Shown: positions 48,621 through 58,939, numbered from the stretch's first letter. The stretch: 64,000 nucleotides of DNA from Candidatus Latescibacterota bacterium (GCA_965203355.1 OZ241889.1:352001-416000); one strand, 5' to 3'. Notes: generated by a model not told the origin, from the letters alone. Translations and numbers: made by a program.

Positions 48621-49532
48621 ATGGCCGAATTCGACACCATCGCCAAACACCTCATCCACACCTATCCCCGAGACTTCGCCCGCTTCGCCCTCCAACAAGA
48701 CGACCTCGAAGTCCTCGACATCCTCGACACCGAACAACCCACCGTCGAGACCCACCGCACCGACAGCCTCATCCGCGTGCGCAGCCAAGGCCAAGAGGCC
48801 CTCATCCATCACGAATTTCAAACCACCGACAGCAACTCCCCCATGCCGCAGCGCATGGCCGGTTACATCGGCCGCGGCATCGAGCAGCACGGCCTACCCC
48901 TCTATTCCAACGTCATCTACCTACGGCCCAACGCCGGCCGACGCGATCCGGGGTATTATCTCCAAGCGCAGCATGGCTACCGCGTGCTGGTCCAATACAA
49001 GGTGATTCGGCTGAGCCAACTGGACGGCCAACGCATACTCGACCGCGGTCTGATGGGCTTGCTGCCGTTTGCGCCGTTGATGCAACCGCCGACGGGGGTG
49101 GATGCCGAGGCGTGGTTGCGTCAGTGTATCCACCGGGCGCAACAGGCCCCTCTCGACGAGCCGGTCAAAGCCAATTACTTGGCCGATCTTGCGATTTTGA
49201 GCGGGTTGGTGTATAACTTAGAAACGATTATGACCATCATTTCGGAGGCGACCATGTACGAATCGTCGGTAGTGCAGTATTTCACGGAAAAGGCACTTGA
49301 GCAAGGCATCGAACAAGGCATTGAACAAGGCATTGAACAAGGCATTGAGCAAGGCATTCGCGAAAGCATCCAAGCAGTGTTGGAACTGCGCTTTCAGCCC
49401 GAGGCCGTGCGCGGCTTGGTCGCCCGCTTAGGGGCCATCGACGAGGTGCCGCGACTCAAACAGTTGCACCGAGCGGCCCTACAGGTGACCAGCCTCGAAG
49501 CCTTTAGGTCCCTGCTAGACAAAGCTCAATAG
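48621..49532 (+). CDS. Rpn/YhgA-like PD-(D/E)xK nuclease (putative transposase family)
   Basis: FDTIAKHL, RTDSL, IHHEFQT, MPQRMAGY, C-terminal EQGI repeats. Confidence 0.82.
   Translation: MAEFDTIAKHLIHTYPRDFARFALQQDDLEVLDILDTEQPTVETHRTDSLIRVRSQGQEALIHHEFQTTDSNSPMPQRMAGYIGRGIEQHGLPLYSNVIYLRPNAGRRDPGYYLQAQHGYRVLVQYKVIRLSQLDGQRILDRGLMGLLPFAPLMQPPTGVDAEAWLRQCIHRAQQAPLDEPVKANYLADLAILSGLVYNLETIMTIISEATMYESSVVQYFTEKALEQGIEQGIEQGIEQGIEQGIRESIQAVLELRFQPEAVRGLVARLGAIDEVPRLKQLHRAALQVTSLEAFRSLLDKAQ
49299..49358 (+). repeat. 12-nt tandem repeat x5 encoding (EQGI)5
   Basis: gagcaaggcatc/gaacaaggcatt units. Confidence 0.9.
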
Positions 49533-49567
49533 AGGCACGGCGTAACGCCTGTCACTCATTTAGCTTC

Positions 49568-51688
49568 CTACTTGATCGCCAACCCCACTTCTCGCAGGTA
49601 TCCCTCACACTCGGCCAGCGACTCGCCAACCAGCAGCACGGTAGCAAAAGAACGGGCCTGCGCCGGATCCGTCGTAAAAAGCACCCCGCCGCTCAACTGC
49701 TTGCCATCGGGCATCAACTCGACCGGATGAGCGGCTTCCAGCGCAGCCGCACATTCAGCTAAGCCAGCGAATCCTGCCGCTGTTACCTCGCGACGGCTGA
49801 TCACCAGCCACAAGGCCGTGCGCGCCGAATTAACTGCCTGTTGCAACTTGAGCGCCACTCGCCCCATCGTCGTGCGCGGATTGACCTCCACAATTGGCTT
49901 TAGCCGCAGACGGTCGCGGTCGCGGTACACTATGGCATCCACGCCGACCGGCCCCTGATAACCAGCCGCACGCAGCGGCTCGGCGAGCCATTTGGCGAGT
50001 TGCTCGCCCAACTTCGGCAAGCGGCGGGCATCGCGGCCATCGCCGTAGAGAAATCGCTTCACTTCCCCGTCGAGGCCAGCGATAAGCGAGCCCACGAACG
50101 AGCCGCGATACTGTCCGCGTCCAGCCGTGAGAAACCGCGTCCAGCCAGCCACCGTTACCGCCCCCTCGGCACCCACGTCAAAATGCAGCGACAGATCCAC
50201 CGCCTTGTCGAGCCACGGCTCTACTACGACTCGGCCTTGCCGCCGCAAAATGTTCTCCAACCGACCGCACTGCTCCGCCCGCAGTGGTCCCCCACGGCAA
50301 TGGATTTGCCCGCGCCCCGCAGAGCCGTACATGGCCTTAATGACCACCGCGTCAAAACCCGCCTCCGCCAAGCGCTCCATCTCCGCCACGACTTGTTCTG
50401 TCTTTGTACAAGCCGTGCCAACCACATCCATCCCGCAGAAATAGTCCGCCCCCTGCGCCGCGAGAAATTCACCCAACCGCGCCGCGCTCCACGACTTGGC
50501 GTAAAGCGACCGAATCGCCGCGCTCCAGCAAAGCCCTTCCCCACCGCGAGGCAAGCCCGCGACCAACGGCGCAAACAACTCGGCACTGTCGGGGCTCCAA
50601 CCCCAGGGCCTGAGCGCGTTGACCTTGCGCTCGGCAAGCGCCGCTAGCCCATCGGTGCTGCACTCGACAAATTCCGGTATCGCAAAGCCCAATCCCTGCA
50701 TCCGCCGCAGAAAGGCCGACGAAGGCTTTTCCCCGAGAAGCACCACATCATCGCGGACGCACAGCAGCATGGGCAGTGTTTGGAAGTCGGCCTCCAACTC
50801 GGTCACCCGCGGCGATGGCGTAAGACCCGGCCGTCCCCAAGCCACTTGCTCCTCGCAGTTGGCATTGAACCAGTACACCGCCGGGCAGCGTCCTCGCGAC
50901 TGCGAGAACAACTCCAATGCGTCGATATAATCCGCAGCGAGGCCAGCTTTCAGTCGACCCGCGCGATTAAAGCCAATGCCCTTGGCCCGCGCCGGCCCCA
51001 GCGGAAAGCGCAGGGCCTGACGATAGGCGTCCCATTCGCTCAGCCCGGCTTCCTGCCATCGCCGAAACCACGTCAATCCGTGTTTGACGTGGCCGATTTC
51101 GTCGCGGTATATCCGCTCTAGAATCGCCGCAGTCTGCGGGTCGTCCAATCGCCGATAGACCTCGGCGTAGTGCCGTGCGTAATCGAGATTGGCTTGTTCG
51201 AGGGTCAGGCTCAAGCCCGTTACAAAATCCATTGGGGTCTCCATCGGCCCGATGGCTTGCCAAAAAAAATCGCCGACCGGGATCTCGCCGAATCGCACCC
51301 CAATCTCCTGCATCCGCTGCCGATAGAGCCGCACGTGTTCTTGCTCGTCTTTAAGCGTCTGCACCAAGCCGCGGCGAAACTTCTCCGGGGCCTGCGGAAA
51401 CTTGAGCAGGGCCAAGGCCATCAGCTCCAAGGCAAGCAACTCGTGATTGGCGAAAAAGTGCAAGACCAGCCCGCGCTCTTTTTCGCTGTGAAAGTGGCGC
51501 ACGTCGCGGAAACGGAGCTTTTCCCGGTGGTGCCACTCGTCCAGCCCCAAGCCGGACGGACGGCCCGGCGCACTAGGGGTCGCAATCCCCGCACCGGGCG
51601 CGCGGTCCTCGTAGCGATCGAGGACGACCAGTTTGTCTTCCCAGCGCGTTCCAAAAAGCACTTGCTCGGCGAATTGGCGAATTTCCAT
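49568..51688 (-). CDS. DUF455 ferritin-like di-iron domain fused to an ATP-grasp domain
   Basis: FANHELLALE, DEQEH, LEQANLD, DEIGH; C-terminal VIKAMYGSAGRG, VVEPW, GPVGVD, VEVNPR. Confidence 0.8.
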   Translation of the reverse strand: MEIRQFAEQVLFGTRWEDKLVVLDRYEDRAPGAGIATPSAPGRPSGLGLDEWHHREKLRFRDVRHFHSEKERGLVLHFFANHELLALELMALALLKFPQAPEKFRRGLVQTLKDEQEHVRLYRQRMQEIGVRFGEIPVGDFFWQAIGPMETPMDFVTGLSLTLEQANLDYARHYAEVYRRLDDPQTAAILERIYRDEIGHVKHGLTWFRRWQEAGLSEWDAYRQALRFPLGPARAKGIGFNRAGRLKAGLAADYIDALELFSQSRGRCPAVYWFNANCEEQVAWGRPGLTPSPRVTELEADFQTLPMLLCVRDDVVLLGEKPSSAFLRRMQGLGFAIPEFVECSTDGLAALAERKVNALRPWGWSPDSAELFAPLVAGLPRGGEGLCWSAAIRSLYAKSWSAARLGEFLAAQGADYFCGMDVVGTACTKTEQVVAEMERLAEAGFDAVVIKAMYGSAGRGQIHCRGGPLRAEQCGRLENILRRQGRVVVEPWLDKAVDLSLHFDVGAEGAVTVAGWTRFLTAGRGQYRGSFVGSLIAGLDGEVKRFLYGDGRDARRLPKLGEQLAKWLAEPLRAAGYQGPVGVDAIVYRDRDRLRLKPIVEVNPRTTMGRVALKLQQAVNSARTALWLVISRREVTAAGFAGLAECAAALEAAHPVELMPDGKQLSGGVLFTTDPAQARSFATVLLVGESLAECEGYLREVGLAIK

Positions 51689-51726
51689 AGATCCAATATA
51701 ACGAACTGACGGTATCCACTCCCCTG

Positions 51727-51786
51727 CGCTTCGCTCAGCACGACAGATACTGCCGCGTTCCCTTCTTGTCATACTGAGCCTAAGCG
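51727..51786. repeat. Imperfect REP-like inverted repeat (TGTCA..CTGAGC type)
   Basis: cgcttcgctcagcacgaca ... tgtcatactgagcctaagcg. Confidence 0.55.
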
Positions 51787-51888
51787 GAACATCTCAACCC
51801 AAACCCATCCGTTCATTATCCTCGTCTTGACACTCGCCCCAACTCGCCGTATCTATCCCACCTCACCGCTTCCAAAAGGAGTTTTCCC

Positions 51889-53139
51889 ATGCAGGTCCAA
51901 TCCGTCGAAATCATCCACTTAGACGTTCCGTTTACCGACCACACCAATCAGCACATGCAGTACTGGCTACCGCATTGGCGCATCGTCCAACTCTGTAAAA
52001 TCACCCTCGCCGACGGCACCATCGGCTGGGGCGAGACCATTCCCAACTACACGTGGGCTAAAGTCCCGGAAGACATCGAAGACCGCATCGTCGGCCGCGC
52101 GGTCGGTGACTTGCTGTGGCAGGATGCGCTGGGGGCTGGGGTCCAACAGGCACTTTTCGACGCAGTGGGCAAGGTCTTGGGTTGCCCGGCCTACCGCCTG
52201 TTGGGCACCAAGGTCCGCACGTGGTGCCCGCTGTCGTGGTGGGCGATCGACATGCCAGCCGCAGACTGGGCGCGCCAATGTGCCGACGCGGTCGCGCAGG
52301 GCTATACCACCGCCAAGCTCAAGGCGCGGACTTGGTTCGATCTACACGCCGGCATCCAAGCCATCGTCGAGGCCGTCCCGCCGCAGTTCAAGCTCGACTT
52401 GGACTTCAACGGCACGCTCGCCAACGCCGCCAGTGCGGTCGAGTTTTTATCGACCTTGGAGCAATACCCACAGGTGGCCATGATTGAGACGCCGATCCCC
52501 CAATCCGATGTAGCCGGCAACGCCCAAATCCGCAACCACATCCACCGCCCGCTCGCCATGCACTACGGCTCGCCGCCGATCCTCACCACCCTGCAAGAAG
52601 ACGTCGCCGACGGCTTTGTCGTCTGCGCTGGGGCCCACGGCGTCGCCCAGCAATCCGCCGTCGCCGACGTGGCCAATAAGCCCTTCTGGCTCCAACTCGT
52701 CGGCACGGGCATTACCACTACGTGGGCGGCTCACTTGGGCGCGGTCTGTCCCCAGAGCAAGTGGCCGGCCATTACCTGCATGAACATCTGGGAGAGCCAA
52801 CTGTTGGCCGATCCCATTCAACTGCGCGGCGGTTACTACCGAGTCCCAGAACGACCCGGCCTCGGCATTGAGATGGACCGCCAAGCCATAGAGCAATATC
52901 GGGTGGATTACAGTTGGGTCGATCCGCCCCGCCACGTCTATCGCTACGCCCGCGCCAATGGCGAAGTCGCCTACTACGGCTGCTCCAAGCAGGCCCTCCA
53001 CAACGCGTACCCCCGCGACGCCATGCCCGTCTGCGAAAGCGGCTCCGAATGCCTCCCGGTCGAAGACGACGGCAGCCGCGAGTTCGCCCAGATTTACCAA
53101 GCCGTGCAGGATGGAGAGACGTTGAGAAGGGTAGAGTAG
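51889..53139 (+). CDS. Mandelate racemase/muconate lactonizing enzyme (enolase superfamily)
   Basis: GWGE, ALFDAVGK.LG.P.Y.LLG, KLK, LDFN, IETP, VPERPGLGIE. Confidence 0.9.
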   Translation: MQVQSVEIIHLDVPFTDHTNQHMQYWLPHWRIVQLCKITLADGTIGWGETIPNYTWAKVPEDIEDRIVGRAVGDLLWQDALGAGVQQALFDAVGKVLGCPAYRLLGTKVRTWCPLSWWAIDMPAADWARQCADAVAQGYTTAKLKARTWFDLHAGIQAIVEAVPPQFKLDLDFNGTLANAASAVEFLSTLEQYPQVAMIETPIPQSDVAGNAQIRNHIHRPLAMHYGSPPILTTLQEDVADGFVVCAGAHGVAQQSAVADVANKPFWLQLVGTGITTTWAAHLGAVCPQSKWPAITCMNIWESQLLADPIQLRGGYYRVPERPGLGIEMDRQAIEQYRVDYSWVDPPRHVYRYARANGEVAYYGCSKQALHNAYPRDAMPVCESGSECLPVEDDGSREFAQIYQAVQDGETLRRVE

Positions 53140-53168
53140 GCCAAGGCCGCGCCGCGTGGCTTCCGTTG

Positions 53169-54092
53169 CTACGCATCGGTGGCGCCGCCCAGCGCACTGG
53201 CTATGGCCTCGCGCACCCCTCGAAGCCGAATATGCGGGAACGTTTGCCGAGCGGCGTTGTCGCGGACGACCGTCGGGTGGCGAATGCTGTCGATCAGCTT
53301 CCGCCCAACTCGGGCGTACAGGGGCGTCACCAGACCGAGCCAGAGGCTAGAAAGACGCGGCGTCAGCAATGGCACGGGAATCATCAGCCGCCTAAGCCGA
53401 CGCTGCCGCGCGTATTCTCGCATCAGGTCGCCATAAGAAACCAAATCAGGACCGCCGATTTCAAAAATCGCCTGCGTGTCGGTCTTGAGGTCGAGTGCGG
53501 CCGAGAGATATTGCAGCAGATCGTCAATCGCTATCGGCTGGGCCGTGACGTTTACCCAACGCGGCGTGATCATCACCGGGATCCGCTCCACTAGCGCACG
53601 AATCATTTCAAACGACAGACTGCCAGAACCAATGACAATCGAGGCGCGAAACTCGACGATCTGCACCCCCGATGCCCGCAAGACGCCGGCAACTTCCTGT
53701 CGGCTTCTAAGATGCGGGGACAGCCCGCCACCCGTTTCGCCGAGACCGCCGAGATAGATGATCCGCCCGACGCCGGCGCACCGCGCCTCTTGGCCAAAGT
53801 TGTGCGCGGCCCGGCGATCCTGTTCCTCGAAATCGCCCTTTGAACCCATGGAGTGGACCAGGTAGTAGGCCGTCTCGACGCCGTCCATGGTCCCTTTGAG
53901 GCTTTCCTGGTCGAGGACGTTACCGCTGATCACCTCGGTCGTTGGCGCAACGCAAAATTGGAGTGCCTCGGGACGCCGAGTTATACAGCGCACCCGATGT
54001 CCCTCGTTTTGCAACACGCGCAACAGCCGCCCGCCGATGTAGCCGGTCGCGCCCGTCAAGAGAATGGGCGAAGTCGTCGTCGATGTAGGCAT
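53169..54092 (-). CDS. Atypical SDR / NAD(P)-binding protein, YbjT-like, lacking the C-terminal DUF2867 part
   Basis: LLTGATGYIGGRL, AYYLVHSM, IIYLGGLG, LSPHLRSR, IGSGSLSFE, QPIAI.D. Confidence 0.88.
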   Translation of the reverse strand: MPTSTTTSPILLTGATGYIGGRLLRVLQNEGHRVRCITRRPEALQFCVAPTTEVISGNVLDQESLKGTMDGVETAYYLVHSMGSKGDFEEQDRRAAHNFGQEARCAGVGRIIYLGGLGETGGGLSPHLRSRQEVAGVLRASGVQIVEFRASIVIGSGSLSFEMIRALVERIPVMITPRWVNVTAQPIAIDDLLQYLSAALDLKTDTQAIFEIGGPDLVSYGDLMREYARQRRLRRLMIPVPLLTPRLSSLWLGLVTPLYARVGRKLIDSIRHPTVVRDNAARQTFPHIRLRGVREAIASALGGATDA

Positions 54093-54259
54093 TGGTTCCC
54101 ATTTCGCGCATTGGACTGTGCGTCGTCATCTTTCACAACAACTTGACGACAACACTTTTCATTCATCGCGGCGGGCCAAGTCTCGGCCGTTTCTCGCCCA
54201 GCCTGTAGCTGACAATCGCCCCGCCCGCTAGCCAGCACCCGACCGACGACCGCTATTCA

Positions 54260-55135
54260 TCAATCTAGGTACTTTCCGTAAAGCGCACGAAGCCGCTCCT
54301 TCGCCTCTGGAGGAATCACCGCCGGGTCGGTGATGATGGCGTTTTCGGCCGCGCGCAAACAAGAACAAGTGGATTTGCACGGCAGGCGCGTGGCAACCTC
54401 GGCGACGATCTGCACAGCCAAGGCACTGTTGGCCCGTAGCACCGCTAGCACGCGCTCGATGCTCACGTCTTCTTCCTCCTCGTGCCAGCAGTCGTAGTCC
54501 GTGCCCATCGCCAGCAGCGCGTAACACATTTCTGCCTCGCGCGCCAGCTTGGCCTCGGGCAGAGCGGTCATGCCGATCACAGCCGCGCCCACGGCGTTGC
54601 GGTAGAAATGCGACTCAGCGCGCGTGGAAAAGGCCGGCCCCTCCATGCAGAGGTACGTGCCGCGCGCGTGGACGTTGGCATCCGCCGCCTGAGCCGCAGC
54701 AATGACCACGCCCCGCAACTCCTCGCAGAACGGATCGGCAAACATCACATGGCCGGCGATCCCGTCGCCGAAAAACGTCGCTGGGCGTTGCCCGCGGGTG
54801 CGATCGAAAATCTGGTCGGGTACGATCAGATCCCCAGGCCGGATCGCTTCCTGCATGATGCCGCAGGCGCTGATGGCCAAAACGTGGTTCACCCCTAACT
54901 GCTTGAATGCGTGGATATTGGCACGCGAGGGTACTTCGCTCGGCAGCAGCCGATGTCCCCGGCCATGGCGCGGCAGGAAAAGCACGGTGCGCCCGCCAAT
55001 GCGCGCCTCGACGACAGCGTCCGAGGGGGCGCCAAAAGGCGTGTCCAACCAGTGCTCGGCAACCGTTTCAACCCCTTCTATGTGGTACAACCCGGACCCG
55101 CCAATGACGCCCAACATTGCGGCTTGACTCATCAT
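54260..55135 (-). CDS. mtnP: S-methyl-5'-thioadenosine phosphorylase
   Basis: GVIGGSG, TPFGAPS, FLPRHG, EGPAFSTRAES, IGMT..PEAKLAREAE, TDYDCW. Confidence 0.93.
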   Translation of the reverse strand: MMSQAAMLGVIGGSGLYHIEGVETVAEHWLDTPFGAPSDAVVEARIGGRTVLFLPRHGRGHRLLPSEVPSRANIHAFKQLGVNHVLAISACGIMQEAIRPGDLIVPDQIFDRTRGQRPATFFGDGIAGHVMFADPFCEELRGVVIAAAQAADANVHARGTYLCMEGPAFSTRAESHFYRNAVGAAVIGMTALPEAKLAREAEMCYALLAMGTDYDCWHEEEEDVSIERVLAVLRANSALAVQIVAEVATRLPCKSTCSCLRAAENAIITDPAVIPPEAKERLRALYGKYLD

Positions 55136-55185
55136 CGTCTCCTGTGCGAATGCAAGTGCCCGATAGCACCCCTATATTATACGAC

Positions 55186-57546
55186 ATGCCCCCGCGCCTA
55201 CTCAAAACCTCAGTGCGCGAACTCGTCGGCTTCGTGCTGCGCTCTGGCGATCTGGTTTCCGGTGGCTTTGCTCGCCCCGACCGCCTAGTGGAAGGTACGC
55301 GCGGCCACCAGCAGATCCAGCGCACCCGCCCGGCCGACTATCAGGCGGAAGTCCCTATCTCGTATCTCGTCGAGACCGACGAAATCGCCCTCGAAATAAG
55401 CGGTCGTCTAGACGGCCTGCTCATCGCAGAAGACGCCGTGCTCGTCGAGGAAATAAAAACCACCGAGGCCGACCTCGACGCGGTCCCTGAAAACCCGGCG
55501 CATTGGGCACAGGCCAAGCTCTACGCCTTTATGGTCGCCGAGCAAAGCGGCCTCGACGCCATCGACGTCCAGCTAACCTATCTTCAGTTAGATACCTACG
55601 AGCACCGCGCGGACCGTCGCACCTTTGCGTCCGACGAACTGGCGGCGTTTTGCGCCGACCTCATCGAGCGTTACCTGCACTGGGCGCGCATTTACCAACA
55701 GTGGTGCGCCGAGCGCGATTCTGCGCTGGCGGAGTTCAAATTTCCCTTCGCCGAGTTCCGGCCCGGCCAGCGCGACCTAGCCGCGGCCACCTATCGCACT
55801 ATCGACGGCCGCGGTCGAGCTTTTGCCCAAGCACCCACCGGCATCGGCAAAACCATCTCGACCTTGTTCCCAGCCGCCAAGGCGCTCGGCTTGGGCCATG
55901 CTGAAAAAATCTTCTACCTTACGGCCAAAACTAGCGGACGCCGGGTCGCCGAAAAGGCCATTGACGACCTGCGCGGGGGCGGCGCACAGCTCAAGAGCCT
56001 GACGCTAACGGCACGCGACAAGATCTGCTTCAAACCCAACGGCGGCAGCACCTGCGACCCCGATCAATGCGAGTTCGCACGCGGCTATTACGACCGCATC
56101 AACGACGCACTCGAAGACATCTTCACGCGCGACGCCTTCACCCGACCCCTCATCGAGGAATGCGCCCAAAAGCACGCCGTCTGCCCCTTTGAACTCTCGC
56201 TCGACCTCGCGCCGTGGTGCGACGTCATCATCTGCGATTACAACTACGTCTTCGATCCACGCGCCTTCCTCAAGCGCTTTTTCCAAGACGCCAAGGGGCA
56301 ATACGCTTTCTTGATTGACGAGGCGCACAATCTCGTCGATCGGGCGCGCGAGATGTTTTCGGCCAGCTTGTGCAAGTCCGAGATCGCCGGGCTCAAGCGC
56401 TTAGTCGGCAAGACGCATCCCGACTTGGGCAAACAGCTCGACGCCCTCAATCGCTACCTTGCCAAGCTCGGCAAGAAGGTTGAGCAGGAAGGCGATAGCG
56501 CGTGTTGGGTCAGCCCACAATTGCCAACGGATCTGATGGCCCGGGTCCACCACGTTCTCCGCGCCGCCGAGAAAGTCCTAGAGCAGGGTGCGGCCTGGCC
56601 CTTTTGGGACGAATTGATCGAATGCTACTTTCGGGTGTTGGGCTTTGAGCGCATCGGCGAGCTTTTCGACGATCACTACACCACGTACACCGAAAAACAG
56701 GGGCGGGATATTTGCTTCCGGCTCTTCTGCCTCGACCCAGCGCACAATATCCGCCAAGCCCTAGAACGCGGCTGTGCGGCCGTATTTTTCTCGGCTACGC
56801 TCTCGCCGCTGCCGTACTTCCGCGACCTGCTCGGCGGCGAGGAGGGGGATACCTTGCTGAGCCTTGGTTCGCCCTTCCCGCCCGAACACCTGCGCCTGCT
56901 GCTGGCCGACCACATTGAGACGACGTACAAAAAGCGCGGCCAAAGCTACGACGACATCGCCGAGTCCATCGCCGCCCTCGTCAGCCAGCGCTTAGGCAAT
57001 TACCTCGCCTTTTTTCCTTCGTACAAATACATGGAGGAGGTGGCGACGCGCTTTGCCGCGGCGCACCCGGGCATCGACCTGCTCGTCCAAGAAAGCGGCA
57101 TGTCCGACCGCCAACGCGAGGCGTTTCTGGCCGCCTTCGACGCCGAACGGCACACCGTGGGTTTCGCAGTGATGGGCGGCGTCTTCAGCGAGGGCATCGA
57201 TTTAGTCGGCGAGCGGCTGGTCGGGGCCGTGGTCGTCGGCGTTGGGCTGCCGCAGTTGTGCTTGGAGCGCGATCTGATCCGCCGCTATTTCGACGAGCGC
57301 GAGATTCCCGGCTTCGCGTACGCCTACGTTTATCCGGGCATGAACCGCGTGTTGCAAGCCGCTGGCCGCGTCATCCGCACCGCGAGCGACCGCGGGGCGA
57401 TTCTCCTCGTCGATCGCCGCTTTGCCCAAAGCCGCTACCGCCAGCTTTTCCCCTCCTCCTGGCACCCAGTGCGTTCCGTCCGCAATCCAGCCCACATCGC
57501 CCAATCGCTGGCCGAATTTTGGCAACATGACCCCGCGCACACTTAG
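55186..57546 (+). CDS. XPD/DinG-family Fe-S helicase with N-terminal PD-(D/E)xK (Cas4-like) nuclease domain
   Basis: EGTRGH, SGRLDG..VEEIKT; QAPTGIGKT, four Cys, IDEAHNL, SATL, QAAGRVIR. Confidence 0.9.
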   Translation: MPPRLLKTSVRELVGFVLRSGDLVSGGFARPDRLVEGTRGHQQIQRTRPADYQAEVPISYLVETDEIALEISGRLDGLLIAEDAVLVEEIKTTEADLDAVPENPAHWAQAKLYAFMVAEQSGLDAIDVQLTYLQLDTYEHRADRRTFASDELAAFCADLIERYLHWARIYQQWCAERDSALAEFKFPFAEFRPGQRDLAAATYRTIDGRGRAFAQAPTGIGKTISTLFPAAKALGLGHAEKIFYLTAKTSGRRVAEKAIDDLRGGGAQLKSLTLTARDKICFKPNGGSTCDPDQCEFARGYYDRINDALEDIFTRDAFTRPLIEECAQKHAVCPFELSLDLAPWCDVIICDYNYVFDPRAFLKRFFQDAKGQYAFLIDEAHNLVDRAREMFSASLCKSEIAGLKRLVGKTHPDLGKQLDALNRYLAKLGKKVEQEGDSACWVSPQLPTDLMARVHHVLRAAEKVLEQGAAWPFWDELIECYFRVLGFERIGELFDDHYTTYTEKQGRDICFRLFCLDPAHNIRQALERGCAAVFFSATLSPLPYFRDLLGGEEGDTLLSLGSPFPPEHLRLLLADHIETTYKKRGQSYDDIAESIAALVSQRLGNYLAFFPSYKYMEEVATRFAAAHPGIDLLVQESGMSDRQREAFLAAFDAERHTVGFAVMGGVFSEGIDLVGERLVGAVVVGVGLPQLCLERDLIRRYFDEREIPGFAYAYVYPGMNRVLQAAGRVIRTASDRGAILLVDRRFAQSRYRQLFPSSWHPVRSVRNPAHIAQSLAEFWQHDPAHT

Positions 57547-58276
57547 CATCGCCCTGCTTTTGCTCTGCCCCGCGCTAGCCGCGGCCCAAAGCGTGTTCGC
57601 CGCCGCCAGCCTGAGTTCTGCGCTCACCGAGCTAACCGCTCACTACGAAGGGATGCACCTGTCCGTTGCCAGCTCTTCGACCTTGGCCAAACAAATTGCC
57701 GCCGGTGCGCCAGCCGACATTTACCTTTCCGCCAATGCCGAGTGGATGGACTATCTCCAAGTGCGCCAGCACATCGAGCAGGACACCCGCGTCGATCTCC
57801 TCGGCAACGCCCTCGTGGTTATCGCACCTGCGAAGGAGCCTTTCGCCATCCGCTGGGCCAGGGACTTCGACTTTGCCGGTGCTTTCGCTGGCCGCTTGGC
57901 CCTCGGCGACCCGGATCACGTCCCGGCCGGCCAGTACGCCCGCCAAGCCCTAGCGAGATTGGGCTGGTGGCCGATGCTCAAAAGCCGCATCGCACCCGCG
58001 CCCGACGTCCGCGCCGCCCTGGTGTACGTCGAGCGCGGAGAGTGCGCCGCTGGGCTGGTGTACGCCACCGACGCCACCCAAAGCGACCGCGTAACAACCT
58101 TAGCCACCGTACCGGACTCACTACACCATCCCATCGTCTATCCAGCCGCCATCGTCAAGGGCCGCGCCAGTGCGCCAACCCGCCGCCTGCTGGCGTTTTT
58201 TGGCTCGGATACGGCCGCCGATATTTTCCGCAAACACGGCTTCAGCTTTTTGGGCAACCAACGTGTTCAGCGCTGA
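57527..58276 (+). CDS. modA: Molybdate ABC transporter substrate-binding protein
   Basis: VFAAASL, SSSTLAKQI..GAPAD, HVPAGQY, DVR, VYATD. Confidence 0.93.
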   Translation: MTPRTLSIALLLLCPALAAAQSVFAAASLSSALTELTAHYEGMHLSVASSSTLAKQIAAGAPADIYLSANAEWMDYLQVRQHIEQDTRVDLLGNALVVIAPAKEPFAIRWARDFDFAGAFAGRLALGDPDHVPAGQYARQALARLGWWPMLKSRIAPAPDVRAALVYVERGECAAGLVYATDATQSDRVTTLATVPDSLHHPIVYPAAIVKGRASAPTRRLLAFFGSDTAADIFRKHGFSFLGNQRVQR

Positions 58277-58937
58277 GGAAGTGCAAGTCCTGTTGCTCTC
58301 GCTGCGCGTGGCTTTTTGCTGCGTGTTGCTGAGCCTGTTGCCGGCCGTGTTGCTGGGCTGGCTGCTAGCCCGGCGGGAGTTTCCGCTCAAGATCGCACTC
58401 GACGGCCTCTGCCACTTGCCGCTGGTCCTGCCGCCGGTGGTCACGGGTTATCTGCTCCTGTTGCTCTTTGGTCGCCGCGGTCTCTTCGGCCCGGTGCTCG
58501 CCGCGCTCGACCTCCAGTTGGCCTTCGACTGGAAGGGCGCGGTGCTGGCCTCGGCCGTGGTCGGCTTTCCCCTGATGTTGCGCTCGGTGCGCCTCGGCAT
58601 TGAGAGCGTGGACCCGCGCCTAGAGCGGGTCGCCCGCACCCTTGGGGCGGGTCCGCTGCGGGCCTTTCTGACCGTGACCTTGCGCCTCGCCGCGCCCGGT
58701 CTGCTGGTCGGCTCGCTGCTGAGCTTTGCCCGCTCCTTGGGCGAATTCGGCGCGACCATCACCTTTGCCGCCAACATCGCCGGGCAGACCCGCACCATTC
58801 CCTCGGCCATTTACACGCACCTCAACCAACCGGACGGAGAAAGCCGCGTCGTCGGGCTAATCGCGATCTCGGTCGCCCTCTCGCTGCTGGCCCTCGTGGC
58901 CAGCGAGTGGTCGGCCCGTCGCCTGCGCTCGAGTTAG
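58263..58937 (+). CDS. modB: Molybdate ABC transporter permease
   Basis: LPLVLPPVVTGY, FARSLGEFGAT. Confidence 0.93.
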   Translation: MFSAEEVQVLLLSLRVAFCCVLLSLLPAVLLGWLLARREFPLKIALDGLCHLPLVLPPVVTGYLLLLLFGRRGLFGPVLAALDLQLAFDWKGAVLASAVVGFPLMLRSVRLGIESVDPRLERVARTLGAGPLRAFLTVTLRLAAPGLLVGSLLSFARSLGEFGATITFAANIAGQTRTIPSAIYTHLNQPDGESRVVGLIAISVALSLLALVASEWSARRLRSS

Positions 58938-58939
58938 CC

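Noticed and set aside
48621-49532. Rpn gene as an IS element
   Set aside because: No terminal inverted repeats or target duplication seen, and the family is not a demonstrated transposase.
55186-55700. Cas4-like nuclease plus DinG as a type IV CRISPR component
   Set aside because: Nuclease-XPD fusions are a common stand-alone repair architecture; no csf/cas genes or array nearby.
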